Below are positions 20,969 through 31,341 of a DNA stretch of 64,000 nucleotides, one piece after another; position 1 is the first letter of the stretch; every line of letters begins with the position of its first letter. The stretch lies in the sequence record MK250019.1, one strand, 5' to 3'. The position numbers and the translations under genes were made by a program. The notes under the pieces were generated by a model, which saw only the letters and a program-made list of their open reading frames with translations, searched no databases and was not told the DNA's origin.

Positions 20969-21739
20969 TTATTCTATATAATCGCTTAATTTCTATTTGT
21001 AATGATAATATGTTGATTTACATACATTATATTTAGTTAAAAAATCTGATTCTGATATATTATTTACAATATCATTCTTCATATCTACTGTTAATTTACT
21101 GCAACCATTAGAATTAAATAACTATATCTTCTCATTATATTTAGATATTTTCTACATTAATTCTTGTTTATCACGTGATAATATATATCGTTTTTTAACT
21201 AAAAGATTACTGACACTACCTCTTGTAAAATTAACATTCATATCACGTTTTAATTGTTGTAATGATGTAGATGAAACAATATTCTTTGTATTTACATCAT
21301 AACAATATATTGTATGCCTTCCATCATTCTATTTTTCATATGATTTTTTCTAAACTATTAATTTCTATTCATCTGTGAATTTATATCCATCAATACCACC
21401 ATCACCACCTTTTGTTTGATTATAACCAGTAGCTCCATAACTATTATATTTACGAATATACTATTTTTCTAATAGATCTAATTGTTGTTTTATATCAGAC
21501 GTGATATAATTATCAAATGTTTTTAATATATATAATGAAAAGGAATCTATACCATATTTCTTAAATGCTTTATATATTGGCGCATTATATCTATTATTAA
21601 CAGAATTATTAATATGATGTAATAATCTTTTATGTAGATTTATACTCTAACCAATATAACACTTTTTATTTATATCATTCTAAATCATATAAATACCCGG
21701 ACACTATGGTATATTATTTATAATATCATCTTTACTCAT
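20969..21739 (-). mobile_element. GIY-YIG (Seg-like) homing endonuclease (256 aa, many TAG)
   Basis: GIYMI(TAG)NDINKKCYIG(TAG)S and GYNQTKGGDGG; 771 nt in frame. Confidence 0.9.
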
Positions 21740-21771
21740 AATAATTTTTAATATTTAATAACCATATTTTG

Positions 21772-21845
21772 TAGCCCCACTCAGATTCGAACTGAGTCAG
21801 CGAAAGTTAGAGTTTCGAATACTTAAACCATTACATCATAGGGCA
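21772..21845 (-). tRNA. Second amber-suppressor tRNA, anticodon CUA, Gln-type body
   Basis: TGCCCTA/TGGGGCT (1:72 mismatch); CGAAA-CT CTA AC-TTTCG; CTCAG-TTCGAAT-CTGAG. Confidence 0.93.
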
Positions 21846-21860
21846 ATAAAAATATAAAAA

Positions 21861-22211
21861 TTAAATATAATCTTTTCGTCCTGTTCCCGTTTCAGGATTC
21901 CATTTATAATATTCTTTTGGTAAAGTACCTTTACATGTATCAATTAATTTATAATCAGAAATATCAAATCCAAATTTTTGTATATATGTAATATCTGGTT
22001 TATTTATACCCCATAAATAATAACCTTTTGAATTTTGAAATACATAATAAGTCCAAGTATTATCTATTTCTTCTTCGACTTTTACTTTCTTTTCTGTTTC
22101 ATCAAATTCACGTAAAATTTCAATGTCATTTTCTGTAATCTTCATTCTCTTTAATTTCTTCGGAAGATTATTTGTATAACATTTTTGACCTTTATATAAA
22201 AATTCAATCAT
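21861..22211 (-). CDS. Hypothetical protein
   Basis: 116-aa ORF. Confidence 0.7.
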   Translation of the reverse strand: MIEFLYKGQKCYTNNLPKKLKRMKITENDIEILREFDETEKKVKVEEEIDNTWTYYVFQNSKGYYLWGINKPDITYIQKFGFDISDYKLIDTCKGTLPKEYYKWNPETGTGRKDYI

Positions 22212-22363
22212 TTAATATTCATATATATTTTATGAAAAAATGCGTTAAAAGTTTTAAATATTCTTAATTATTTTTAAATATTTTTAACTAAGTAATATAA
22301 AATATTTTTTGCATTTAACATATATTATAACATGAAATATTAATAATGTCTAAAATATTTTTA

Positions 22364-22840
22364 TTATTTTATTTTTTTAATTAACTTTTCTGATTTATCA
22401 TATAGAGATTCTGTTTCACTAATCATTTTCATATATTTAGATTTAAATTCATCTGTAGATAATTCAATTATAGTAAGATTAAGAAACTCATTTAAATTAT
22501 ATGATAATTGTTTATGTGCATCAAATTCAAACCATATATCATCAAGATATGATGAATCATTATATTTAAAAGACAATCCATTTAAATATACTCTTGTATC
22601 ATGCTTATCACACGTTACAAATTGTTCATATACATGAATATAAACAGCATTATTATATGAACGTTCTTTTGATATACGAACATATTTACCTCTCAAATCT
22701 CGTTGGGAAATAAGTAATTCATTTTTTAATGTTTTATATTCATATGCTTTTTCATATGTTTCATTCTCTAATTTCTGAAGATATTCTATATTTCCTGTTA
22801 TATCTGGTTTATGTAGAATATTTTGTAATTGTTTATTCAT
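22364..22840 (-). CDS. Hypothetical protein
   Basis: 158-aa ORF overlapping the upstream stop. Confidence 0.7.
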   Translation of the reverse strand: MNKQLQNILHKPDITGNIEYLQKLENETYEKAYEYKTLKNELLISQRDLRGKYVRISKERSYNNAVYIHVYEQFVTCDKHDTRVYLNGLSFKYNDSSYLDDIWFEFDAHKQLSYNLNEFLNLTIIELSTDEFKSKYMKMISETESLYDKSEKLIKKIK

Positions 22841-23924
22841 ACTTAATTATTTCATATAAATTTCTATTGTTATAGTTATTAATAAAATTGTCACAATCTT
22901 TCTGTGTAATATTATTAATTGGTATAAATATATCATTTTTGCGATATATTAATTGCATTGATTCTGGTATTCCTAAACTTTTCTCTAATGCTTTCTTCTT
23001 TTTTTGTTCTTTAATATATAAGTCTAATTCTTTTTCTGTTTTGATATTTTTCATGGGAAAAGGATAACGACATAATTTTTTTTCTTCTTCTAAATAATCG
23101 TCACCATTATATATTTCAAAATTATCCGCTTTAGACCATATTCTGATATTTGATTTATTAAACGGTAATAGCTTATTATCAATACAATAATCAATAAATG
23201 TTTTAATATTAGCTGGATAATATAATTCAGGTAATTTATATCTTTTATATCTATTATCTTTATTATCATTTAAACAATATAAACGTTTAGTTTTTTGAAG
23301 TTCAACTATTGTATTTCCCTTTAATAAATCTTTATTAATCTTTAATATAGGAATTGACATAAAAATAACTTGGTCATCTTCCCAGGCAACATTATATCCG
23401 TTTTGTTTTTCTAATTCTTCATCAGCTTCATTAGAATTCATAACATATGAATGTTCCTTCCATAATATTCTGGATTGCCTACAATATACTTGAAATACAC
23501 CAAAATCTAATTTAATAATTCTGAATGTATATGGACCATTATTAGGTCTATTTGCTATTTCTTTATTATATTGTTTTATTACTTGTATATATTCCTTATA
23601 TTTTAAAGAATTAATTGTATTTTGTATCGCAAAATATCCTATATTAACTTTGCTTAATTGTGGACAATCTTTAACGAATTTTTGTATATCGAATAAACGG
23701 TCCAAATCCCATGAATAACTATTATCTTTCCACTCAGCTTCAAAATTATTTTGTTTTAAGTTATCATATATATCTTTACGAATATCATTTTTAAATTTTG
23801 TACAATAATCTTTAATTGTATGACAACTCCAATATTTTTTAATTGTGGTAATTTGTTTTTGAGATGGATGCTTTTTTATCACCCATCTCAACCATTCATT
23901 TATATCTATAATTTTATTATCCAT
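22833..23924 (-). CDS. Hypothetical protein
   Basis: 363-aa TAG-free ORF. Confidence 0.75.
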   Translation of the reverse strand: MDNKIIDINEWLRWVIKKHPSQKQITTIKKYWSCHTIKDYCTKFKNDIRKDIYDNLKQNNFEAEWKDNSYSWDLDRLFDIQKFVKDCPQLSKVNIGYFAIQNTINSLKYKEYIQVIKQYNKEIANRPNNGPYTFRIIKLDFGVFQVYCRQSRILWKEHSYVMNSNEADEELEKQNGYNVAWEDDQVIFMSIPILKINKDLLKGNTIVELQKTKRLYCLNDNKDNRYKRYKLPELYYPANIKTFIDYCIDNKLLPFNKSNIRIWSKADNFEIYNGDDYLEEEKKLCRYPFPMKNIKTEKELDLYIKEQKKKKALEKSLGIPESMQLIYRKNDIFIPINNITQKDCDNFINNYNNRNLYEIIKYE

Positions 23925-23928
23925 ATAA

Positions 23929-25644
23929 TCAATTCAAACCTGTTACTTTTCCATCTACAAAATCAATATGCTTAGCTGCTGGTTCTTTAGGTAATCCTGG
24001 CATACGCATCATATTTCCTGCAATAACAACAAAAAATTCTGCACCATTATTAATCTTTATTTCATCTATATTAAATATTGTATTATTATTTACAGATGGA
24101 ATAACCTTAGGATTATCAGAGAATGAATATTGTGTTTTTGCCATGCAAATAGGATATTCATAAATTTCATTAATAAATTCATCTTCATGATTTTCATATG
24201 TTCTATCAAATCTTGAAATAAATTTTAATGCATCTTTTGAATATCTTATATTATCTGGATTAATACCATATACATTTTTACATAGATCCGCAATTTTTTC
24301 CTTCATACTATCTAATGTATGATATGCAAAAATAGGTAACATTGGTTTCCTATTATTGTCTACAATATCAACAACCTCTTTTGCAAGATCAATAGCACCA
24401 TCACTGCCATTTAAATAACTTGTATTCTTAATACATTTTACATTTCTACATGTACAGAAATTCTCAAGAATACGCTGTTCATTATTTGTATCAGTATCAA
24501 ATACATTATTTGTTACAACAATTCTTACACCAAATTTCTTAATATTTGTAATATGTTGTTCAAGATTCTTTAATCCAATTTCAAGTGATTTAATATCTTC
24601 TTTAGATAGATCTGTACATCCACCTTGATTTTTCAATCCTGGAATTGTCGCAACTAATACTACAACATCTGGACATAAACCATTCTTTCTACATTTAATA
24701 TCTATAAATTTCTCTGCACCAAGATCTGAACCAAATCCTGCTTCAGTAACCACATAATCACATAATGATAAACCCATACGTGTCGCAATAACAGAATTAC
24801 AACCATGAGCAATATTAGCAAATGGTCCACCATGAACAATAACAGGATTATTATCCAAACTTTGAACAAGATTTGGTTTAATTGCATCTGATAGTAAAGC
24901 AACAATAGAACCTGTTATACCTAATTCACTGCAGAACATAAAACTACCATCTATACGTTCTGCAATAATAATCTTATTGATACGTCTGCGAAGATCATCA
25001 ATATCACGTGCCATACAGAAAACTGCCATTAATTCAGAAGCGGGTGTAATATCAAATCCTGTTTGAATTAATTTACCATATTTCTGTGTTGTATATATTG
25101 TTCGAAGAGAACGATCATTAATATCTAAACAACGTCTAAATGTAATATTTTTAATTTTTGATTCTTCTTCTAGATTCTGATAAAAATAATTATCAATAGC
25201 AGCTGCAATCATATTATTTGCAGTTGTTATAGCATGAAAATCTCCTGTAAAATGTAAATTAATTTTATCCATAGGAACAATCTGTGAATAACCACCACCA
25301 CATGCACCTCCTTTCATTCCGAAACAAGGTCCTAATGATGGTTCGCGTAACACCGCGATTGAATTTTTCTTGAGTTTTCGAAGTGCATCATTCAATCCAA
25401 TACTTACAGTTGTTTTACCAATACCAGATTTAGTAGGACTAATAGAAGTAACAAGAATAAGATGTTTATCTGTATAACTTGTATACGGTTTCATTAATTC
25501 CAAAGGAATCTTTCCCATATACTTTCCATACATTTCAATATTTCCATTTGATGGTATATTACCTGTAGGAAATAATTTATTAAAAACACAATCAATACTT
25601 TGCATAGATGCTTCTTGAGCAATCTGAATATCTGATTTCATCAT
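23929..25644 (-). CDS. fhs: Formate--tetrahydrofolate ligase
   Basis: MKSDIQIAQ, GIGKTT, REPSLGPCFGMKGGACGGG, INLHFTGDFHAIT, HGGPFANIAHG, MRMPGLP. Confidence 0.97.
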   Translation of the reverse strand: MMKSDIQIAQEASMQSIDCVFNKLFPTGNIPSNGNIEMYGKYMGKIPLELMKPYTSYTDKHLILVTSISPTKSGIGKTTVSIGLNDALRKLKKNSIAVLREPSLGPCFGMKGGACGGGYSQIVPMDKINLHFTGDFHAITTANNMIAAAIDNYFYQNLEEESKIKNITFRRCLDINDRSLRTIYTTQKYGKLIQTGFDITPASELMAVFCMARDIDDLRRRINKIIIAERIDGSFMFCSELGITGSIVALLSDAIKPNLVQSLDNNPVIVHGGPFANIAHGCNSVIATRMGLSLCDYVVTEAGFGSDLGAEKFIDIKCRKNGLCPDVVVLVATIPGLKNQGGCTDLSKEDIKSLEIGLKNLEQHITNIKKFGVRIVVTNNVFDTDTNNEQRILENFCTCRNVKCIKNTSYLNGSDGAIDLAKEVVDIVDNNRKPMLPIFAYHTLDSMKEKIADLCKNVYGINPDNIRYSKDALKFISRFDRTYENHEDEFINEIYEYPICMAKTQYSFSDNPKVIPSVNNNTIFNIDEIKINNGAEFFVVIAGNMMRMPGLPKEPAAKHIDFVDGKVTGLN

Positions 25645-25806
25645 AAATTTTTTTTATTATAAATTCAACTTACTTTTTATACAATAAATTATATAAAAAG
25701 TTATATAAAAATTATAGGAGAATAACAAACGAATGTTATTCTCCTATGTTTATTATATTAAATTATGTTTGTATCTGAATTTAAACGTATTCACATAGTT
25801 ATTTAA

Positions 25807-26313
25807 TTAATCGTTAAAACATTTACAATTTATTGTCCTCCATTCAGTATCACCTGATAATTCTCCTGTTTTAAACTTTTCATAAAATGGACAAATTCCT
25901 TTACCATTATATTCATGTCCTTCTGATGTTAAATCACCTGGAAAATTATCACAATTACAACAGAAATCTTCAAATCTGTATGGATTATCTTTATTTTCCA
26001 TATATTCATCAAGTTCTTCTTGATCTTCTTTTGAAAGTTTCCTGTCATTTAATCGTTTTTTATGTTCTTCTTTAATATCAAAACGTTTATTATCTGTCAT
26101 TACAGTTCCTGTATTTTTTATCAATACACCAAATCTGTCTTTTGTAAAATTCTGCCATGATTCAGCAGGGTTTTCACGTATAGATTTTATTGTTCTTGAC
26201 TTCTTCTGCTTAATAGGAGAAATGTAATTCCATAATACATGTGAATTCCAGAGTTTCTTTAATCGTGAAATCCACTTTTTCTTCTGACGATAACGTCGCT
26301 CTGCTCTATCCAT
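25807..26313 (-). CDS. Hypothetical protein with C-terminal Cys cluster
   Basis: FCCNCDNF..ICPF..CKCF. Confidence 0.7.
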   Translation of the reverse strand: MDRAERRYRQKKKWISRLKKLWNSHVLWNYISPIKQKKSRTIKSIRENPAESWQNFTKDRFGVLIKNTGTVMTDNKRFDIKEEHKKRLNDRKLSKEDQEELDEYMENKDNPYRFEDFCCNCDNFPGDLTSEGHEYNGKGICPFYEKFKTGELSGDTEWRTINCKCFND

Positions 26314-26477
26314 ATTCTTTTGATATAAAAATTTTAAATCATATACATGTCAGTAACATATATATTAATCCCAAAATTACAAACATAATTATTACCTATA
26401 TAATGGAAATTATGTGAATACGTATATCTTTATTCATTCAATAAAATAAATTTTATATATTATACTTAAAAAGTATA

Positions 26478-26999
26478 TTAATGTCTTAATGTTCTTTCAG
26501 AAAGTAAAACATCAAGCTTATTATTCATATCTAAAATTTGATTTTTCAAATCTCCAATACACTATATCTGCTCTTTGTTTTCTATCAAAAATTGCTGAAT
26601 TTTTTTAAGTTTTTCATCGAAAATTATCTAATTTTTCTCAATTTTTTCAATGTTTTCTTTATCCTATTGTTTTTCTGCAATAAATTTAACAATCTCTATT
26701 AATGCATCATTATCTAATATATTAAATGACATTGTTTTTATTTCTTTGTCATTATAATCTACATATTTTACATCTATATGATTAATATAATTTTTGCTAT
26801 ATGATAACATACTACCAGATGCACCACCTGCTATTAAATTAATATCCAATATACGAGATGATATTATTTCACCATTTGAAACAATAACACCTGATTTTGT
26901 TATAGGATCTTCACCAAAGCAGAATAAATTACTTTTATATGCACCAATACGTTTAAGTACATTCTTTACATTTCCTTTTGCGAATATAATATCACTCAT
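26478..26999 (-). CDS. Hypothetical protein (173 aa) with a coiled-coil C-terminus reached by TAG readthrough
   Basis: The track ORF ends at TAG 26664; the frame stays open for 62 more codons to TAA 26478. Confidence 0.65.
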
Positions 27000-27024
27000 T
27001 ATTAAAGTAACTATTTCTTTATTC

Positions 27025-27047
27025 TATTTATTGATTTTTAATAAATA
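27025..27047. promoter_or_regulatory. Back-to-back divergent AATAAATA late-type promoters
   Basis: Minus copy 27025-27032 and plus copy 27040-27047, between divergent TAG-containing genes. Confidence 0.5.
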
Positions 27048-27073
27048 TATAAAGTTTATTTTAATTAAAGAAG

Positions 27074-27520
27074 ATGAACAATAATCAATACGAAATACTA
27101 CCAACTGCAAAATCTAATATTAATGCATATAACCGTTATCCATTTACATGTTATGAAGAAGCAGTTCAGAATATTATGTAGAAAAATTTAAAACCTGGAG
27201 AATAGGCTGTTGCATATTATTTTGATGAAAATTCTATTATAGGTATAAGTGCAATAACTGCATTTGGAAATTTAAAAAAAGCAGGAAATATTATTTTTAA
27301 AAGTGGTCAGGATCTCGATAGAGATCTAGAGCATTTGCATAAAGATGTTGTTATGCACAAAAAGGTAATTAATAATATGGTTGATACTATTAATCATGCA
27401 AATAAAAACTGGTCATAGATTGAAGGTAGAATTAAAAAAATAGAATAGAAATTTGATAAAGAACATGATACATTACATGTACAAGTAATCGATTTAGATA
27501 ATTATGATTTAGATGTTTAA
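27074..27520 (+). CDS. Hypothetical protein (148 aa, 4 TAG)
   Basis: MNNNQYEILP...DLDV*; absent from the ORF track. Confidence 0.7.
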
Positions 27521-27523
27521 AAT

Positions 27524-27568
27524 AATAAAGGATTATAACTCAATAAAAATGAATTATAATCCTTTATT
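27524..27568. terminator. Bidirectional terminator
   Basis: ataaaggattataa/ttataatcctttat between convergent genes. Confidence 0.7.
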
Positions 27569-27576
27569 TGTTTCTT

Positions 27577-27759
27577 TTAAAATAAAGACGCAATCTTTCC
27601 TTTAATGTGATTTTTAACATCACTAATAATTGTAATTTTCTTCGTATCCTTCTTTTTCTCAGGAACGAAATTAAATTGTGGAGTCACATCAAAATCCAAA
27701 CCTTTTGAAGGACATCCAGGACAAATCTTTACCCGTCGCGGTGCCATTTTTTTTACCAT
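27577..27759 (-). CDS. Small hypothetical protein with CxxC
   Basis: KICPGCPSK. Confidence 0.5.
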   Translation of the reverse strand: MVKKMAPRRVKICPGCPSKGLDFDVTPQFNFVPEKKKDTKKITIISDVKNHIKGKIASLF

Positions 27760-27792
27760 TAGTTTCCTCTAAAAATTTAATTATTAAAATAT

Positions 27793-28164
27793 TTATTTTT
27801 CTTTTGTAAGATCCTTCAAGTTGAAGATCTTAGTCTTTAATGGTTCAACTTCTTTACCATCTATTACTTCATACATAGAAAATACATATTTATCAGTAAA
27901 ACCTTGACATTTCCCCAATACAATACCTCTAAATATTCTTTCAGAAGGTTTATGAAAAACTTTCATTTTTATTTTTTCATTATCTAATAATCTAGATTGT
28001 CTATCTAAAAATGATTGAGTTAATACATAATCATCTTCAACTTCATTTGATGTGTCATCTTCATTTTCATTTGATATATCTTCAGTATCATCTTCATTTT
28101 CTACATCCTGAAGATACATCATTTCTTCTAAATCTATATTAGCTTCGTCGTACATGTTAAACAT
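27793..28164 (-). CDS. Hypothetical protein with acidic N-terminus
   Basis: 123-aa ORF. Confidence 0.7.
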   Translation of the reverse strand: MFNMYDEANIDLEEMMYLQDVENEDDTEDISNENEDDTSNEVEDDYVLTQSFLDRQSRLLDNEKIKMKVFHKPSERIFRGIVLGKCQGFTDKYVFSMYEVIDGKEVEPLKTKIFNLKDLTKEK

Positions 28165-28225
28165 AGTTGTTAGATTATTTTATAAATTTAATTTGTTTAT
28201 TTATACAACAATCTAAAATTAATTT

Positions 28226-29038
28226 TTAATAGTAGTCAGATAACTTAATTTGTGATTCATATACATTATCATTTTTATAATCAATTCTATCATTTTTATC
28301 ATTTCTTATATCTGATAAAATTTCTTTCTTATCTGCTTGAATAACCAAAGGAATTGTAGAAATGTAAGAATTAATTATTTTATCATTTATCGGTGCTTTA
28401 TATAATGGTCCATCTGCAACCCAGAAAAACTTATCCATAAATGCAATATAATATTGCATACCTTTCCTAGATAATGCATACATTGAAGCATTCCATAATG
28501 CAACATCTTTATGAGCTGTCCAATATATATTATCATCATATTTTTCTAATATATTTTTTGCACGTGGATCTGTAGTAAATCCTCCAAATTGAAGTATATC
28601 ATAATCTACAGGTATATTATGAATAAAAGTTAAAAAAGTCTCATTATTTTTTAAAAATTTTATATCATCTTCCATTACTAATATATTAGAAAATCCTCTA
28701 TCATAACATTCTTTTACAATTGCATAATGATTTCTTGCACAATCATATTCATTTGCTTTTGTAAATCTACCTTTCCCTGATTCATTAAATGCAGATGCTA
28801 TTAAACTATTATAAGGAAATTTTGTCGTATAATGATAACGTAACCATGTACTTTCATTAATATTATCAAAATTCATTTCCTTAAATTGTGTTTCCATATT
28901 ATTTCTGCGATCTTTTCGATCACTTAAGTTTAATACATAACATATATCAAACTTTTCTTTTAATACATCTTGTAATTTTTCCATAATAATAAAAAACTCT
29001 AATAGATAAATGTTGAAAATATCTATTAGAGCATACAT
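28226..29038 (-). CDS. Glycosyltransferase family 25-like (start may be the Met at 28984)
   Basis: YVLNLSDRKDRR, NILVMEDD, NASMYALS. Confidence 0.8.
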   Translation of the reverse strand: MYALIDIFNIYLLEFFIIMEKLQDVLKEKFDICYVLNLSDRKDRRNNMETQFKEMNFDNINESTWLRYHYTTKFPYNSLIASAFNESGKGRFTKANEYDCARNHYAIVKECYDRGFSNILVMEDDIKFLKNNETFLTFIHNIPVDYDILQFGGFTTDPRAKNILEKYDDNIYWTAHKDVALWNASMYALSRKGMQYYIAFMDKFFWVADGPLYKAPINDKIINSYISTIPLVIQADKKEILSDIRNDKNDRIDYKNDNVYESQIKLSDYY

Positions 29039-29039
29039 T

Positions 29040-29585
29040 TTACATTTTTAATATATCTTGCATATTAACTGGTTCTGTATTGGTATTTTTAGGTTTTCTT
29101 ACTATTTGTTTCACTTGTGGTTGTTCAAAATAAATACCACTCTTATTATATTTACCTTTATCATATGCTCGTTCAATAGCTTTACGAACTCTACGCTTTG
29201 TTTTACCATCCATCATATAATGATGCTGCTGATAATAAAGTTCACCTTGCTGATACATCATAGATTCAATAAACTGCTTTCTCTGCTCATGCTTTTGCTT
29301 TGTTTTTTCTCTTATATCTGATTCTGATTTTACTTTTGCAATAGCTGCTTGTGTAATAAGAGTATTCATACCAGATTCTTCATTTAACGTCTCTACTTGC
29401 TTATCTAAATTATTATCAATAGGTGTACCTGGAATTACTGTATTACCATCATCATATGCATATGATCTTTCAATTCTATCTTGTACTTTATCTTTAGATA
29501 ACAACATTTTATTTAATGTTTCATTATCAATAACTGAACCATTCTCAGTAATATAATTATTTAATGTGTTACTATATGCGGGCAT
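29040..29585 (-). CDS. Hypothetical protein
   Basis: 181-aa ORF. Confidence 0.7.
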   Translation of the reverse strand: MPAYSNTLNNYITENGSVIDNETLNKMLLSKDKVQDRIERSYAYDDGNTVIPGTPIDNNLDKQVETLNEESGMNTLITQAAIAKVKSESDIREKTKQKHEQRKQFIESMMYQQGELYYQQHHYMMDGKTKRRVRKAIERAYDKGKYNKSGIYFEQPQVKQIVRKPKNTNTEPVNMQDILKM

Positions 29586-29609
29586 AATTTATTAATTGTA
29601 TTTTTTAAT

Positions 29610-29996
29610 TTAAAATGAATGTATATTATTATCAAGACTTGTCATTTCAGATGCTTTAAATTTACCATAAATCTTATTCCATCCTTTTGATAAACCGTTA
29701 CATAACATACTGGTATAATATGCAAATGGATTACTAAATCGTTCTGGATCAAAGCTTCGCCAATACATTGCAACATCCAACATTGCTGTCTGTATACAAT
29801 CTTCCTTATCCTCTTGACATTTATAATGTTTCTTTTTTGCTAAATTTTCAGCAATTAACTAAAGCATGACAACAGCATTATATGTAAGTTCATCTCTCTA
29901 TTTTGAAAGAACTATTTCTTTCATTAACTCTTTATTCTACACATATGGTTTTCCACCTTTAGTTTTAATACCTTCTACTTTACTAAAATCTTCCAT
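29610..29996 (-). CDS. T4 gp55-like late-transcription sigma factor (128 aa, TAG at codons 20, 33, 46)
   Basis: PYV(Q)NKELMKEI, ML(Q)LIAENLAKK and SFDPERFSNPFAYYTSMLCNG parallel gp55 YVNNKEL, MLIAEGLSKR and [21 protein letters not shown]. Confidence 0.8.
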
Positions 29997-30060
29997 GGTT
30001 TTTAAATAAAAATAGCTATTTCTTATTTTACTAAGAAATAGCTAAAAAGTTTTAATAAAT

Positions 30061-31146
30061 TTATTTATTAATTGCTTCCAAATGTTCCTTTTCATTAGGT
30101 GTTAAATTATCAGGAATCAAATAATGTACGCATACAAAATAATCTCCTCTTTGATTCATATCAGGTCGTTTAAGACCTTCACCAGATAATCGCATAACTG
30201 TACCTTCTTTAATACAACTCTGTAACTTTATTGTTTTTGATACACCAGAAGGTATATTAACTGTATATGAACAACCAAGTAATAGTTTATAATAAGGTAC
30301 ATGAATATGCTCTATTACATTCAAACCATCAACTTGATATTTGTTTGTATCAAATTTATAATCAGCTATAGCAATAAAATTACCATTCTGCCCAACTGAT
30401 TTCTTTGATTCTGATCCTTTACCACTATATACTTTATATTCACCATTCTGAATGCCTGTATTAAATTCAATTTCAATCTTTACTTCTTGCTTTTCAAATC
30501 CAGAACCACCACAATGATTACATTTATTTTCTACATAGAAACCTGTTCCATGACATAATGGACAAATTTCTTCTTGAATTGAAAATGTTCCTCTTCCTAT
30601 AAGAGACTGGTGAATAATTTTTCCTGCACCATGACACTTTGGACATGTTTTCTGCCCAGTTCCACCGGCACCATGACATGACGGACAACGTACATCTCTC
30701 TTATATTTAACAACCTTCTTAATACCATTAAATATATCTTCAATAGTAACAGGAATTTTCATTTGAATATCTCTGCCTGGTTGAACTTGATTTCTCTGTT
30801 GTTTAGCACCTCCAAAACCGCTAAATCCTCCAAATGGATTAAATCCTCCAAATGGGTCAAAACCCGATCCACCAAATGGATCAAAACCTGAACCACCAAA
30901 TGGATTTTGCTGACCATTTTCATCACCATATGTATCATAATTCTGTTTCTTCTGTGGATCACTCAATACTTCATATGCATGATTCACATCCTTAAATTTC
31001 TCTTCAGCTTCTTTTACTTCAGATGGTGATTTACCTTTCTGCATATCAGGATGATATTTCTTTGAAAGTTTTCTATATGCTGTCTTTAAGTCTTTCTCAT
31101 TACAATCTCTAGAAACACCTAAAATTTCGTATAAGTCTTTTGCCAT
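30061..31146 (-). CDS. dnaJ: Chaperone DnaJ
   Basis: J domain with HPD, G/F repeats, four CxxCxGxG zinc-finger motifs. Confidence 0.97.
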   Translation of the reverse strand: MAKDLYEILGVSRDCNEKDLKTAYRKLSKKYHPDMQKGKSPSEVKEAEEKFKDVNHAYEVLSDPQKKQNYDTYGDENGQQNPFGGSGFDPFGGSGFDPFGGFNPFGGFSGFGGAKQQRNQVQPGRDIQMKIPVTIEDIFNGIKKVVKYKRDVRCPSCHGAGGTGQKTCPKCHGAGKIIHQSLIGRGTFSIQEEICPLCHGTGFYVENKCNHCGGSGFEKQEVKIEIEFNTGIQNGEYKVYSGKGSESKKSVGQNGNFIAIADYKFDTNKYQVDGLNVIEHIHVPYYKLLLGCSYTVNIPSGVSKTIKLQSCIKEGTVMRLSGEGLKRPDMNQRGDYFVCVHYLIPDNLTPNEKEHLEAINK

Positions 31147-31341
31147 ATTTAATAACTATATAATAACATTTAAAATAAAAAGGGAACAGAATACAATCCT
31201 CTTGTATACGTTCCCTTCTTCAAATACTTTTACTCACTTTTTATAGTTTTCATTTATTCTAAATTAAAATATTGTATTCTATTATTTTATAGAATTTTTA
31301 GAAGTTAGTCTATAAATTTATAGACTAACTTTTATATCTTT

